Positions 48,978-60,902 of a DNA stretch of 64,000 nucleotides are shown here, piece after piece (position 1 is the first letter of the stretch; every line of letters begins with the position of its first letter). The notes beneath the pieces were generated by a model that saw only the letters and a program-made list of their open reading frames with translations, was not told where the DNA came from and searched no databases. A program made the position numbers and the translations under genes. The stretch comes from Guillardia theta CCMP2712 (taxonomy: Eukaryota; Protista; Cryptophyta): contig NW_005434668.1 of the NCBI RefSeq assembly GCF_000315625.1, positions 1,034,981-1,098,980 of the forward strand. The letters run 5' to 3'.

Positions 48978-51130
48978 AACCAACTTCATTGTCACGAGTC
49001 CTCTGACTCGAAAAGCCACTGAGAATCGGACTTGTCGTCTTCATCGATGACTGTCCTCCACCTGCTGATAGTCAGTCGGACAACAGCTGGACTCTGACAT
49101 CACCTTGAGTCGAACAAGTAGGTGTCAGTGTCATCAGAGAAGAACAAACAGCCGAGACAAACATCCTTCCTGGCCAGCAGCTGGGGAAGTTTCTCTGCGG
49201 CTTCCAAGGCCGCGATTCTCCTGCAAGCACGGTCAGCACCTGGGCGAGAGTTGGGAGGAGCTCTCCAACTTCTTCTCAGCCTCTGCCGAGCTGCTGGCAT
49301 GGGACGCTCTCGAGGGTTTGCTCGGGGAGAAGAGGGAGATAAGTCCCCCGAGCATCAAGTCTCCGATCTGTCGCTTCCTCACCTCACACCCCAGGACAAG
49401 TTCAGAACTTACCGAAGGCTCTTGCCGCTTCTGCTCCTTGTCCTCCTTGGACTTTGCGGCCGGCTCCAAGTCGACCTGCTTGTTCTTTGTGTCCTCAGGC
49501 ACATTCAAGTCCCCACGGAACTGCTCGCAGAAAGCGCAGGAGCACGGCATGTCTGCTGTTTGACTGGGACGAGGGAGGAGCACAGCGTAGCGATAGAGGA
49601 GATTCTGACGGACAGGACGAGCCAGAACAAGTTCGACATGCTTGCTTGTCGGCTGTAAGATCTTTGAGCAAACAACTTCCAGGTCTTCCTGCTGGATGTT
49701 AGCTCCTGTGCGAACCCGTCACTATCTGACGAGTCAACAAGTTCTAAGTTCTCGAACCGTCGACCGCCATGAGCTCATCGCCGACGTGAATGCAGGAGGC
49801 TCGAGAAGCTGTTCCCTCCGAATCGAAGGCCTTGATGGTAATCTTCTTTGACTTCGAGCCCTGGGCAAGCTGAGAATCTTCATGTTCACATAGCAATCTT
49901 CGTTTACCTGATCGAACACCAATCCCAGCTGCTTGCCGGAGTTGACGAAGGCAACTACTTCCACCTCCTTGGAGAACTGCGAAATCATTCGGTTGTTCCT
50001 CTCCTCCTCTCTCCAGTCCTGTCCGTTCCTTGACGATTCGTGTGACTCGTCCTGCTCCTCCCCTTGGCTGTTCTCCCTGCTCAGCTTCCCCTCCCTCGCT
50101 GAAGCTGCAGCCGGTCGGTCCGATCCTTCCGATGCAGCATCCTCGGCAGGACTTTGCTCGCGGACAGGACGAGGAAGAACGACGGAGATCTCTCGGTCGC
50201 TCGACTTCCTGTAGAACTCGAGGACGACTGGTACCAACAATCAGCTGCGAGGATTTCTATCAGCGAGTCAGGCACAACCTTCACTGATCGCTGACGACTG
50301 CTGGTCCGGCGGGAGCTCCATGCTGCCGCTATACTCCATCCCTCTCACTATCCTCACTGAGTAGCAGCCCTTCCAGCACTTGACAGCCTCAGTCTCCATG
50401 CCTCTACTGATTGTGGTCACTTACCCGTTCAACGCCGGAGTTGTAAGCCTTGCTGTCCAGAACCCCATCCTTCCGCAGGCTCTCAAGTTTCTTCAGCTCT
50501 TGACGGATCTCCTCGGCCTTCTCGTGATGCTTGTATGATACGCACCCGGACGAGACTCGCTCTAGCCACAGCTCTACCGACGAGCCCTCCTCCCCGACAA
50601 CGAACTTCACTATCTCACTTACCGGAAGGTCTGCGACCAACGCCTGCCAAGCTGTCGCTCACCCTCCTTCTCCTCCATCAGCAACAAACCTGGTCGATGG
50701 CGACGAGGCAGTCGCCTTCACGTATCGCATGAGATCGCGCAGCTGGGCCGTTGGGGTGGATGTAAGTGACGAGATGAGGAGGGTCGTCAAGGATGGTCAG
50801 TCCGATGCCGCATGGCTTGCCGGACCTCTGCTGGGCGACAGAAGGAGACATGGCGCCAACAGGCTTGAAGGACTTCATGACGGGCTCTTGCTCTATCCCC
50901 TTGGTAATGAGCTCCGTGACTTCGCTGACTGTCATGCCGCCTACTCCCCTCCCATCCACCCTGATCAGCTCATCCCCGACCAGGAGTTTGCCGCAGGCAT
51001 GTGCGCTTCCTCCTGGAACGAGCCCCTTGATGGCTCTGTTCTGGTCGAGCAAGATTCCAAGGTTCTTCCCGTTCTTCATCTTTGCATCACACTCTTTCAA
51101 ATTCTTTTCAAATTTTGAGCATCTCTGCAG
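47643..51130 (-). CDS. Multi-PDZ (three PDZ) scaffold protein with an uncharacterised C-terminal region
   Basis: LGILLD..LVPGGSAHACGKLLVGDELIRVDG; GIGLTI..HPNGPAARSHAIREGDCLVAID; LGLVFD..IHVGDELMAVDG; both ends approximate. Confidence 0.75.
48925..48975. repeat. (CT)n microsatellite in an intron
   Basis: Directly visible. Confidence 0.9.
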
Positions 51131-52173
51131 GCCGAGAGCAGATCAGAGTGAGCAACATCTCTGGTGGAGGGTCAAGGCCGACAGAGACTTGAAGATGACG
51201 CTGTCTGTTCCCTCCTCCTCCTCCTCCTCCTCCTTAAATCTCCGACACCACCACAAGCTCCACGCCTGGGCGATGCTTGGTCATACGGAACGCCATCGGA
51301 GGTACCAAATTTCACTCAACATGGAAGATTGAAGGACAGCAACAAAACTCGATGAAATATTTAACAAGACACCACAAATGCAACTAGTCTGATAAGTCTA
51401 CAAGACTCTGAGGCCGGCCTGGATCGATTGACCCCGACCGGCGGGCCGGCGGCGGCGGGCCGGGTCAACAGCGGCCGCTGAGTCACCCGGAAGATTTTTC
51501 CTTCAACCGGGGTGACCATGACCAAGCTCAGTCAAGACCGGCACTGGGCATGCCTGCAGTGCGAGTCAATCCGAGTACCTTGACGGGGCGGCTGACCGTA
51601 TCGGACTCTCAGCGGCGAACCGGTACGGTAGCCCGGCATGGTAGCCCGGCTCTTAAACTGGTCATAGTGGGGATGAGGGCTTCTGCTTGCTTCAAGCATG
51701 CTTGGCTATCTGAACTTTTTTGACGGACAGGAGGAGGAGGAGGAGGAGGAGGAGGAGGAGGAGGAGGAGGAGGGTGATGCTGCAGTGAAGTAGATGCTCA
51801 GGTCGATTTGATGCAGGAGAGAAGTGTTCAGGCAGGAGATGATTTCTCAATCATGTCTCGAGGCAGGACAAAACAACTTGATCGCGGGTCCAGTCCCTGG
51901 TTCACGAACTTGCAAGCTGGTCAGGAGGTTCTTTCTGGACACCTCTGGATCTCTCAGACCGCTCGCAAGAGCAGAGCAAGTAACGGTGTTGAGTAGCTCA
52001 CTGAGGGGGAAGGGATCCTTGTTGACTTGTTTGATTGTTTGTTGACGGACAGCATGTCTCGATGGAGCTCATCCCGATCGAAGCCTCCTGTTCCCCTGTT
52101 CTCTCATAGTTCGACATCTCAACTCATCAACACAATGGTGAAATCTGAACTTTTCCAATCACTGCAGTCGCTG

Positions 52174-54305
52174 ATGTCCTTACAGGAGAGGTTTGAGGAC
52201 TTGCAAGTGGTAGGGTACAGGTCAGGAGCCACTGATATGTGGAGCTCTGTACTTACATGTAGTCAGTTGCGACATCTACGATGATCCACAAACAGCCTTG
52301 CGACTCGAGAAGGAAGAGCATCTCCTGTTGTGGATGGAGAACAAGGAGGAGAACCTTTGGATCGATAGATATGACGCTAGGTTGTTACTTGAAGATCGAA
52401 ACTTATTTGCAAAGTGAGACTTGGAATTAACGACTGGAAGTGTACTTGTGATGACTGTACAACAGGTCTAACAGCAAGATCTCTGCACTGTCCACAAAGG
52501 AGGTTGAAGAAGAGGATATGATAGACGAGGAAAGATATCGAGATCTCCCTCCTGGCGATGGGAGTGAAATCTTTGACACCCCTAAAGTCGTCGAGAAGGA
52601 GGAGCCTGAACCGATCCAAGATGCCGAGAGGACGCAGAGCAAGGGCAACGAGTACGGAAGAGTTCACTTCTCTTTCTCTGATCCTCAACCCAAACCCGAA
52701 GTCATCACTCCTGTCCCTGAGGAGATCGCCAAGTTCGCTGCTGGCTGGTTGACGGACCTGCCTCCTGGTAGTATGCTTCCACGAACCTACAAACAGCACC
52801 AGGTAGATCCTCCTGCTGCTCAGTCACAGCTCCATGATGGCTGTGATGCTTGTTGGGTACATGTCTGAGGAAGACTCTGAATGATTGTCAGGTCATTGAG
52901 CACACGGCGAAATTCGTTCTCAAGCAGGGTACAAAGATGGAGGCGATGTTGAAAGTGAAGCATGGTGGGAGCCCCGCATTTCAATTCCTGCTGATCGACA
53001 ATCCTCTTCAAAAGTACTACAAGGCTGTTCTCTCCTACCTCCGAGTTTGTCCTGAAGCGGCTGAACTGCCGACCCTTCTCCCGTCAGTGTCGTCGGACGT
53101 TACCAATGCCGAGAATGTTAGTGAGAGTTCCAGTGCAGGAGCTCAGAGGGAAGAGAAGGAAGAATCGAATGCCAAGGGTGAACCGAAAGAGCCGAGCAAG
53201 AAGCCGGCGGAAACAATCATCCATACCAGCTCGACCAGCGCTGCGGCAACTCAAAGTCAACTCGATCTGGCGAGCAGCTCAAAGCCGACCGAGCCCTCAA
53301 GGCCGCCTGAAGAGATTTACAAGACGATAGAGAAGCTGGTAGAATGGATCAGGAAGAGTGGCATCGAGTTCGAGGCTAAGGTGAAACCTCATCTCCCTCT
53401 CCCTTCTTGATCCTGTTGGTGTTGTAGGTGAGGGAGAAACAGAAAGGTGACCCCCGATTCGACTTCCTCTTACCCTGGAACCCTTACAACGCTTACTACC
53501 GCTATCGACTTTCAAGCGTGATGGCAGAGAGCAGCTTGTCGTCAACGAACGGGAACGAGAAGAACAAGACTGAAGGAGCTTCGCAGCCGACTAGGCAAGA
53601 CAGCCAAGACGAGGACCCGCATAAGATCACGACAGTAGAAGCGATCACGAGCTTCGGTGGCGAAAGTCAGTCAGCATCAGCGGCTGTGGTGGACAAGGAA
53701 GGGGCTGCAGGAGAAAAAGAGGATGAGCAGAGCGAGCAAAAGAAGGAGGAAAACCTGACGCCAGCTGAAAAGAAAGCGCTGAGGCTGCAGAAAGCGAAGA
53801 TGATGGCGAAGCAGTTCGAGGAGAAGCTGAGAAGCAGCGGACTCATGTCGGGCTCGCCGAATTCCGACATGTCCAGCAGCAAGGAAGGAGATGAGGAAGT
53901 GAAGCAGCTGGACGAGGAAGGTACAGGGCAAGACACCAATGCAAACAGAGCAAGGTGTCAGTGTGAGACTTTACACTGCTGCGTGTTCTGATGATGGGCG
54001 ATCAGCGATGAAGAAGCCAAGGATGAGGGGGAAATCGAGAGGCGAGTCTCTTTGCTCACACTCTTCTGAAGCTTCACTGTACTTACAATCGATGGAGCAG
54101 CGTCAAAGACGATGCTCAACGGAGTAGCAGGAGCCGGAGCAGGTCGTTGACTTGACTGCTTCTCCACTCTCCTTGCTATCACACGCCATCTCCTCTGATG
54201 TTTTTCAACAGAGGACGAGAATCTTCTGGCAGCAGGAAGGCGAGGAGAAGGTTTGGTTCACTTCCTCCGAATGCTCAGCTCATAACTGTATGCAGCAGAG
54301 ATGAC

Positions 54306-54350
<45 letters not shown>

Positions 54351-54560
54351 GGAAGCAGGAGCAGCAGTAGGAGCAGGAGCAGGCGAAGACACAGGAGTAG
54401 GAGCAAGAAACATAGGAGCAGAAGCAGGAGCAGGAAACATAGGAGCAGGAGCAGGAGCAGGAGCAGGGGGAAAAGAAGGAGCGGGGGTTTGAAGAGGAGC
54501 AGGAGCAGGAGCAGGAGTAGAGATCGATTGAGACGCAAGATTTTGAGAAGAGACATTAGA

Positions 54561-54604
<44 letters not shown>

Positions 54605-54851
54605 TGGCAGCGGTGATCTCAAGGAGGATGGGAAGGAAGAAGCCGTTCCCATCCAGGCGTTCGAGAGAGACTCTGGCAGGGACGAGCAGGGTCTGCTGAG
54701 GTCTGCTGCTCCTTCACCCTTGCCCTCCTCCTCTCACGGTACTGACAGGGACTCCTTCATCGCCAACATCAGCGCGAAGCTTAAGGAGACCTCTGCTGTC
54801 TCGGAGGACCTCCGAAGTCGTGTACGGGCCATGCTGGATGCTGGGCTATAA
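52174..54851 (+). CDS. SFSWAP: Splicing factor suppressor of white-apricot (DRY_EERY + two SURP + RS domain)
   Basis: LQVVGYS|[24 protein letters not shown]; [23 protein letters not shown]; [25 protein letters not shown]; long RS tract; start codon uncertain. Confidence 0.9.
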
Positions 54852-54930
54852 GTGGAGAGGAGGAAGAGGAAAACCTCCTGGCCTCCCTCCAGCTGCCTAG
54901 AGGCGTGTAAATTCAAATTCAGCGATTTAT

Positions 54931-56145
54931 TCAGTTAGAGAAGCTCTCATGGTCTTTCAGTGCTGACTCCAACGCCTGATTGCTCTCCTGCATCGATTGT
55001 CTTAGGGATTTCTCCTCCCGATACGCCAGCCCCTCGCTCCCTGCCGCCGCTCCTCCCTTCGTCCGTGCCTTCCCCGCTGCCGCCTTCTTCGCAAGCCTCT
55101 TCACCGCAGCCTCTTTCACGTGCGCTGCGATCTTCGCCTGCGCCGAGGGCACATGTCCTCCTCTCCTCTTCGCCTGTACGGTTGTCGCGACGCCCTCAAG
55201 TTTCTTGGCAGGTCGAGGAGCAGAAGCAGCCGCCTGCTTTCCCTCCCCTTCCAGCACTGCCATGGCCTTCTTCGCCAGCATCGCTTCCTTCCAGTAGAGC
55301 GACGAGTGGTCGGCAAACGGCGACCCTTCCGAGCACAGGCTCGGCGATTTCACGCACTGCGAGCTCTTTGGGCAGAGGAAGAGAGAACAAGGGACACCTG
55401 CGGCAGCCGCTGCCTTCACCTCCTCCAGCTTGAACTCAGCAGGACCTGCGCTCGGAGCCGAGCACAAGGACGATCCCTCCGGATGATGCTCGCAGTCACA
55501 GACCTCACTCTCAGCACGGCAGTCCACAAGCTTGCGGTACACGCTCCCCGGCATCAGGAACGGGTTCCCCTCCGGGCACTCCATTGCGCTCCTGGAGCAG
55601 GATGCGCTGTACGGGCACAGGAAGCCTCCGCAGGAAGAGGGAATCTGTGCGAGCTTCTGTGGGCTAGCTGCAGTAGCGACGTTCTGGGTCTTGCCTTGGC
55701 GGATGTCGTCAGCAAGCAGCCCGACGAAGACTAGGGCACAGCACGTCGCGATGGTCAGAGCGACCTTCTCGATCCTCTTGTACTTGGGACTGAGAACTTC
55801 ATGCACCTCTCCCCCCACATGGAAGGCACCATAGCCTGCCGTCACTTCCTCCGACGTTGCCTGCGGCTGAACCTCCGGCGCCTTCCGCTCTTCGCTGATA
55901 CTCACCGCCATGGGCTCGACCGGAGCTCTCAACAAGTTGGACTGGACGCACATGTTGCTCACTTCCGCGCGGACATTGTCTCGCACGTACACGGGCTCCA
56001 CCCTGCGAGAGAGGAAGGAGTACCCCTCCTGAGACCCTCTGGCTGGTTCGGCTCGCCTTCCAAGGAGGCTGCTTCTACCCTCGCTTTCGCTGGTTAAGTA
56101 TTGATCGATCTCTTCGACCGACATGTTCAAGAAGCTTGATCGCAT
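54931..56145 (-). CDS. Intronless type II membrane orphan protein with two Cys-rich repeats
   Basis: 404-aa ORF, TM VALTIATCCALVFVGLLA; repeats CGGFLCPYSASCSRSAMECPEGNPF and CSLFLCPKSSQCVKSPSLCSEGSPF; Ala/Lys-rich coiled-coil-like tail. Confidence 0.8.
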   Translation of the reverse strand: MRSSFLNMSVEEIDQYLTSESEGRSSLLGRRAEPARGSQEGYSFLSRRVEPVYVRDNVRAEVSNMCVQSNLLRAPVEPMAVSISEERKAPEVQPQATSEEVTAGYGAFHVGGEVHEVLSPKYKRIEKVALTIATCCALVFVGLLADDIRQGKTQNVATAASPQKLAQIPSSCGGFLCPYSASCSRSAMECPEGNPFLMPGSVYRKLVDCRAESEVCDCEHHPEGSSLCSAPSAGPAEFKLEEVKAAAAAGVPCSLFLCPKSSQCVKSPSLCSEGSPFADHSSLYWKEAMLAKKAMAVLEGEGKQAAASAPRPAKKLEGVATTVQAKRRGGHVPSAQAKIAAHVKEAAVKRLAKKAAAGKARTKGGAAAGSEGLAYREEKSLRQSMQESNQALESALKDHESFSN

Positions 56146-56446
56146 GCTTTCAGTCTTCTCTCTCTCTACACGTGTGCGATTGTTCTCCTCCTACTCCCTC
56201 AACTGGTACATCTGGATTGGCATGTCAGTCCATCATCAAACACTCAAATATCGTTTCCCCTCCCCCCGACCCCACGCCTGTTTCCCACTAATTTCATCCC
56301 TATGGCCATGTATACTTCCATGTATCATAGCTCCTTCCTTCTCCTCTGTTTTGCTGTGCACCTCTCTCCTCCAACTTTAACCCTGCCAACATCCTTCTGT
56401 CCTGCTGTCACCACACCACCTCCTTTCGATCTTCTTCATCCTTTCT

Positions 56447-56490
<44 letters not shown>

Positions 56491-57132
56491 ACCATAACCT
56501 ACCACTACTTTTACCATCACTCGATCTTCTTCTATCCATTCTCCTCTCCACGCTCCCTCGCGTTTCCATTGCTCACCTTTCCCATTTGGGCATGAAAAAG
56601 CCAGAAATAGCGCAATCCCCTCATCCCCGCTCTTACCCATGCGCTCCGCCCCAGACCGTACCGGCCGGCGGCCGGGGCCCGGGCCCGGCCTGGACCGACC
56701 CCGGCGTACCGGAACTTACTAGGCTATCAAGTATGTACAAATAACACACTGACGAGCAGTGCTAGACTACTCGCCGGTCTCCAGCCTCTGTAGTCTCAAC
56801 GGGCCAGTGGATCAACCGTACTTTCTATTCTCCTTCACTTCAGCCCTTCCGGGCGGGCCGATCAGCAGGTTCATTCTGACTCCAACACCGACCGCCCCAA
56901 CTTCGGCGAACGACAGAGACCAAGACTTGAAAGGCCTGGGCAATCTCCTATCTCATTTGACTACTTCACCCTAAACCATAATCAACACCGAAACCCTCTC
57001 ATACTCAACAGCGGCGATACTTCACTTAAACTATCTCCCGAAGAATAAAACTTCAACTCTCTGAGGCGCACAGGAGGCTGTGCGGACAGTTGCTGGAGCC
57101 AACGGTGGGCGCCGCATGTTCAATACGATACA

Positions 57133-57219
57133 GCTACATGCTTCTATTTGAAGTGCTACATGCTTCTATTTGAAGTGCTACATGCTTCTATTTGAAGTGC
57201 TACATGCTTCTATGCTACA
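57133..57219. repeat. 22-bp tandem repeat (GCTACATGCTTCTATTTGAAGT) x3.7
   Basis: Units start at 57133, 57155, 57177 and 57199 (partial). Confidence 0.95.
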
Positions 57220-57246
57220 AACGGTCAGTCAGGCTCTCTCTCACTC

Positions 57247-60200
57247 TCACACACTCAGCGCGTCCTCAGACACCTCCATGATGGCATCGTGCGCTTCTAT
57301 GCAGCGATGGAGGGCGTTGATGTAGTTGCCCAGCCTGTGGTCAACCAGAGAGTTTCTGCTGGGTCGGAACACCTTCTCCACAAAGGACGGATCGCACTTG
57401 ATGTTTCCCTTGGGGTCAATGACAACCTCCCTCCCGCCATGCATATAGAACGGAGGGCTCGGCATGGCCGAGATCATGTCGTTCCGCAGGACTGTCCGGA
57501 AGGAGCACGGCACTAGCGCGTTGTACAGCTTCGCCCATGAACGGTTTCCGACTCGCGGGGCCCCGAAGCTGTACATGGAGACTTCAGTGTCGGCCGGCAG
57601 CGTCAGCCGCAGGTCCATGGCGAGCAGCTGAGCGAAAGCGCCTCCGAGGCTATGCCCTGTCACTAGGATATGCACGCGCTCCTCCCCGCTGGTCGCCGCC
57701 GCCAGATCCTCCCGGAGCGTCTCAGCAAACGACTCGTACGCCTGCCAGAAACCGGCATGGATCTTGATCCCGTCGAGAAAGTCAAGGATAGCGTTGGCGC
57801 CGAGCTCGAGGACGTCGAAGGGAGCATGCACAGGGTGTAAGATCGACTTCTTCAGCCCTCTGAACGCTCTTGACAGGATCTCCCCGAGGTTTCGATGCGG
57901 CGTGTACCTCTCCCGCGGCACTCGCACCCGCCGCATGTCAAGATCCGTCATGGCGTTGGTGAGCGAGTTGCTGCCTCTGAAAGCGACGACGAACCTCCTC
58001 GTCCCTCCCACCGACGTGAACATCTCCTTGCAGATCAGCGCACGAGAGTCCACGTCCGGCTTGTAGACGATCTTGCAGAGCTCGAAGTCCTCCGGTATCT
58101 GCAGGCCGTAAGAGCCGTCGACTGAGATTGGGCTGGTCATGTACGCTTGCCAAGAGAAGTTGGCGGACGTCAGAGCTGTCTGCAGGCAAAAGATATCCGA
58201 GCGCTTATCTCCCTTGCCCACTTGCTCGTCTTCCTCCACACGGTACTCGTGTATCTGGTCCTGAATCTCACTGTCATGGCGTCCGATGCCGTAGATGAGG
58301 TGATACAGCCACCGGCTCCCGCCAATCTTGTCGCTGCCCTTGTGGACGGGGAGATAGATGTAGGCAACCAAGATCATGTAGACTTCGAAGAGCAAGTCGG
58401 TCGCAAATCCGTTGTAGTTCACTGTAGCTACGAGGAAGGAAGCGCCTGTCCAGAGCACGGACGCAGCGAGGGAGAAGAAGAGGTAGGGGGCCATGATGGA
58501 AGACTGCAGGACAAAGAAGCGGAACGAAAGCTGCCTGAAGCGACTCTGCAAGTAGGGCAGAGCAGACAGTCTCGCTGAGGTCCTCTGCATCAAGTTCAGG
58601 AACCATATCAGCCATACCCACCACAGGAATGCCCAGGGGATCACAGCGTAGCTGGGACAGCCGTCAGGACACACCCTCTTCCTTGAGAGAACTCACCTCC
58701 CCATCTCGCTGAGCTTGTCAAGTTTTTCGCTGGGGAGGAGAGTGTTGTTATGTACAGCAGGCAGCCAGCGCCAGGACGAAAGAGAGTAGAAGGACGATAT
58801 GTACAACTTGGCGATGGTGGCCATGGCAAACGCGATCCCATACGAGACCTTAAAGGTATAGAATCCCCATTCCTCCACGTAGTCGCTGCTGTCCCGTTGC
58901 AGCCCGTGGATCATACACAGCCAAAATGCCAGGAAAATGCCCAGAGATGCTGAATAGCAACATATAGAAAGAAATCCAACCACCTGCCAACAGGTCAGTG
59001 AGCACCCCAGGAGCAGGAGGTCGCCATCGTACCCCTCCAGCATAAAGTTTGAGCAGCAGGAAAGGATCTTGGAGCAGAATTAGTCCGAACAAACCGACGG
59101 AGATCCATCGCTGCTCTGGAAGCACACTGCCGTTTGACCGGATCACCCCCTGAGGCAGAGTCAGCGTGGTCCCTGAGTTGCGTCCAAGAGGGTACCCGAA
59201 GGATTACAATCCACAGGATGAAACAGACGATGGCCATGACCAGGAGAACGTGTCTTGACAGGATCTCGAAGAACATGAACGATCCGCCGAGGAACACGAA
59301 AGTCAACTCCATGTCTCCGTCCTCCCCGAGCACATCGCAAATCTGAAGCAGCTCTAAGAAACTACTGCTGGTCAATCATGATGACATCATTTCTTACCGG
59401 AAGATCATTGATCCTGATGTCGGACAGGTACATGTCGTACTCGTCATACAGCAAGGGTGAGCCTTGCACAAATAGATCAAGAGGTTGGCAGTGTTCTGGA
59501 GAAGTTGAACAAAGAATGGGCGATGTCATGTTCATGTTCGCAATCATGACTTGCTTTTCCGATGAGGAGTTCGTTGCAGCCGACCGGCCGATGGTTGTCA
59601 CTGAGTACTCTAGGCTACACGCACTGGTGAAAACACCGTCACACCTGGAGCAAGCAGGTCAACAACAAGCCAATAGCCTGTGAGGCACTGGCATACTGGT
59701 CAAGAAAGCTGAACATCGACGTCGCTAGCTGAGCCCGGAGGATGATGAAGGTGTTGAGAGGTTTGACACCCCTCAGTGTCCCCCCGATCTGCCTTTGCTT
59801 CTCGCTTCCACTCGTGCAGTTGAGAGCCTTGAGCTCTAGGCATATGCTGTTCCCCATGAAATCCTCGTAACATGTCTCGCTCTTTGGACTCAACGAGAAC
59901 CTGGCAGATGTTGTAAGGGGCACGACAAACATCGCTGCGTAGACCTCGGCCGGAGCCACCTGTCCTCGTAAGCTGTCAAGAGGGCAGCAACGATCATGAC
60001 CGCCCAGAGGGTCGTGATGATCGCCGTGACCTGAGATTCGAGTCTTCAGCTGCTAGGTCGGACCTCTTCACTCTTCGGCTGTACCTGACGGGGCGAAAGA
60101 ATCTCCATGAGGATTCGTGGGCCCTGCGACCATCCTGCTTTCCCCCTGTGCGATGAGTCAGAACCCTGAGAGGAGGAGCGACAAAGAACAACCTCTCCAC

Positions 60201-60356
60201 GGCAAACGCCGAGCGCAGTACCCTCCCCGACCTTGCAGAGACTCGGTACTCGAACAAGACTTCAGCTGTTCTGCAGGAGGATGTCGGCTTCAAAGATGAA
60301 GGGACGTCATGAACTTACTTATCGGTGAGGAGAGGCAGAGATCCTTCGCTGCTCAT
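57247..60356 (-). CDS. TMEM181/Wntless-like multi-pass domain fused to a C-terminal class 3 lipase
   Basis: Start MSSEGSLPLLTDK|; LPEQRWISVGLFGLILLQDPF, LPYLQSRFRQLSFRFF, VYMILVAYIYLP (TMEM181-like); VVAFRGS, IHAGF, VTGHSLGG, FGAPRVGN, NDMIS, DHRLGNY (Lipase_3 triad). Confidence 0.85.
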
Positions 60357-60435
60357 GCTCTCTATGAGCTCATGCTCTTCCCCCTCTCTTCCTCCTTCCT
60401 CCTTCCGATCTCCTCATTTCCGATCTCGGCCTGCT

Positions 60436-60700
60436 GTCTATCAGTCTATCAGTCTATCAGTCTATCAGTCTATCAGTCTATCAGTCTATCAGTCTATCAG
60501 TCTGTCAGTCTATCAGTCTATCAGTCTATCAGTCTATCAGTCTATCAGTCTATCAGTCTATCAGTCTATCAGTCTATCAGTCTATCAGTCTATCAGTCTA
60601 TCAGTCTATCAGTCTATCAGTCTATCAGTCTATCAGTCTATCAGTCTATCAGTCTATCAGTCTATCAGTCTATCAGTCTATCAGTCTATCAGTCTATCAG
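60436..60700. repeat. (TCTATCAG)n octamer tandem array, about 33 copies
   Basis: Near-perfect array with a single TCTGTCAG variant near 60501. Confidence 0.98.
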
Positions 60701-60902
60701 TTTGTACATCTTTCTTTCTTTCTGTCTGTCTGCTCATCCTCCTCATCTTCACCTCCTGCCATTGCAACTCCTACCGCAACCCCCTCATCCCCCCACTGAA
60801 GGCCGGGCCGGGCCGGCAGCCGGGCCAGCCGGGCCCGGCATTCAGCCCCCCTCATCCCCTCACTTTTCCACCGCCGCCACCTTCCCATTCGGGAAAGCGA
60901 AC

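Noticed and set aside
57133-57219. CRISPR-like direct repeats
   Set aside because: Head-to-tail copies with no spacers, no cas genes, and a eukaryotic context
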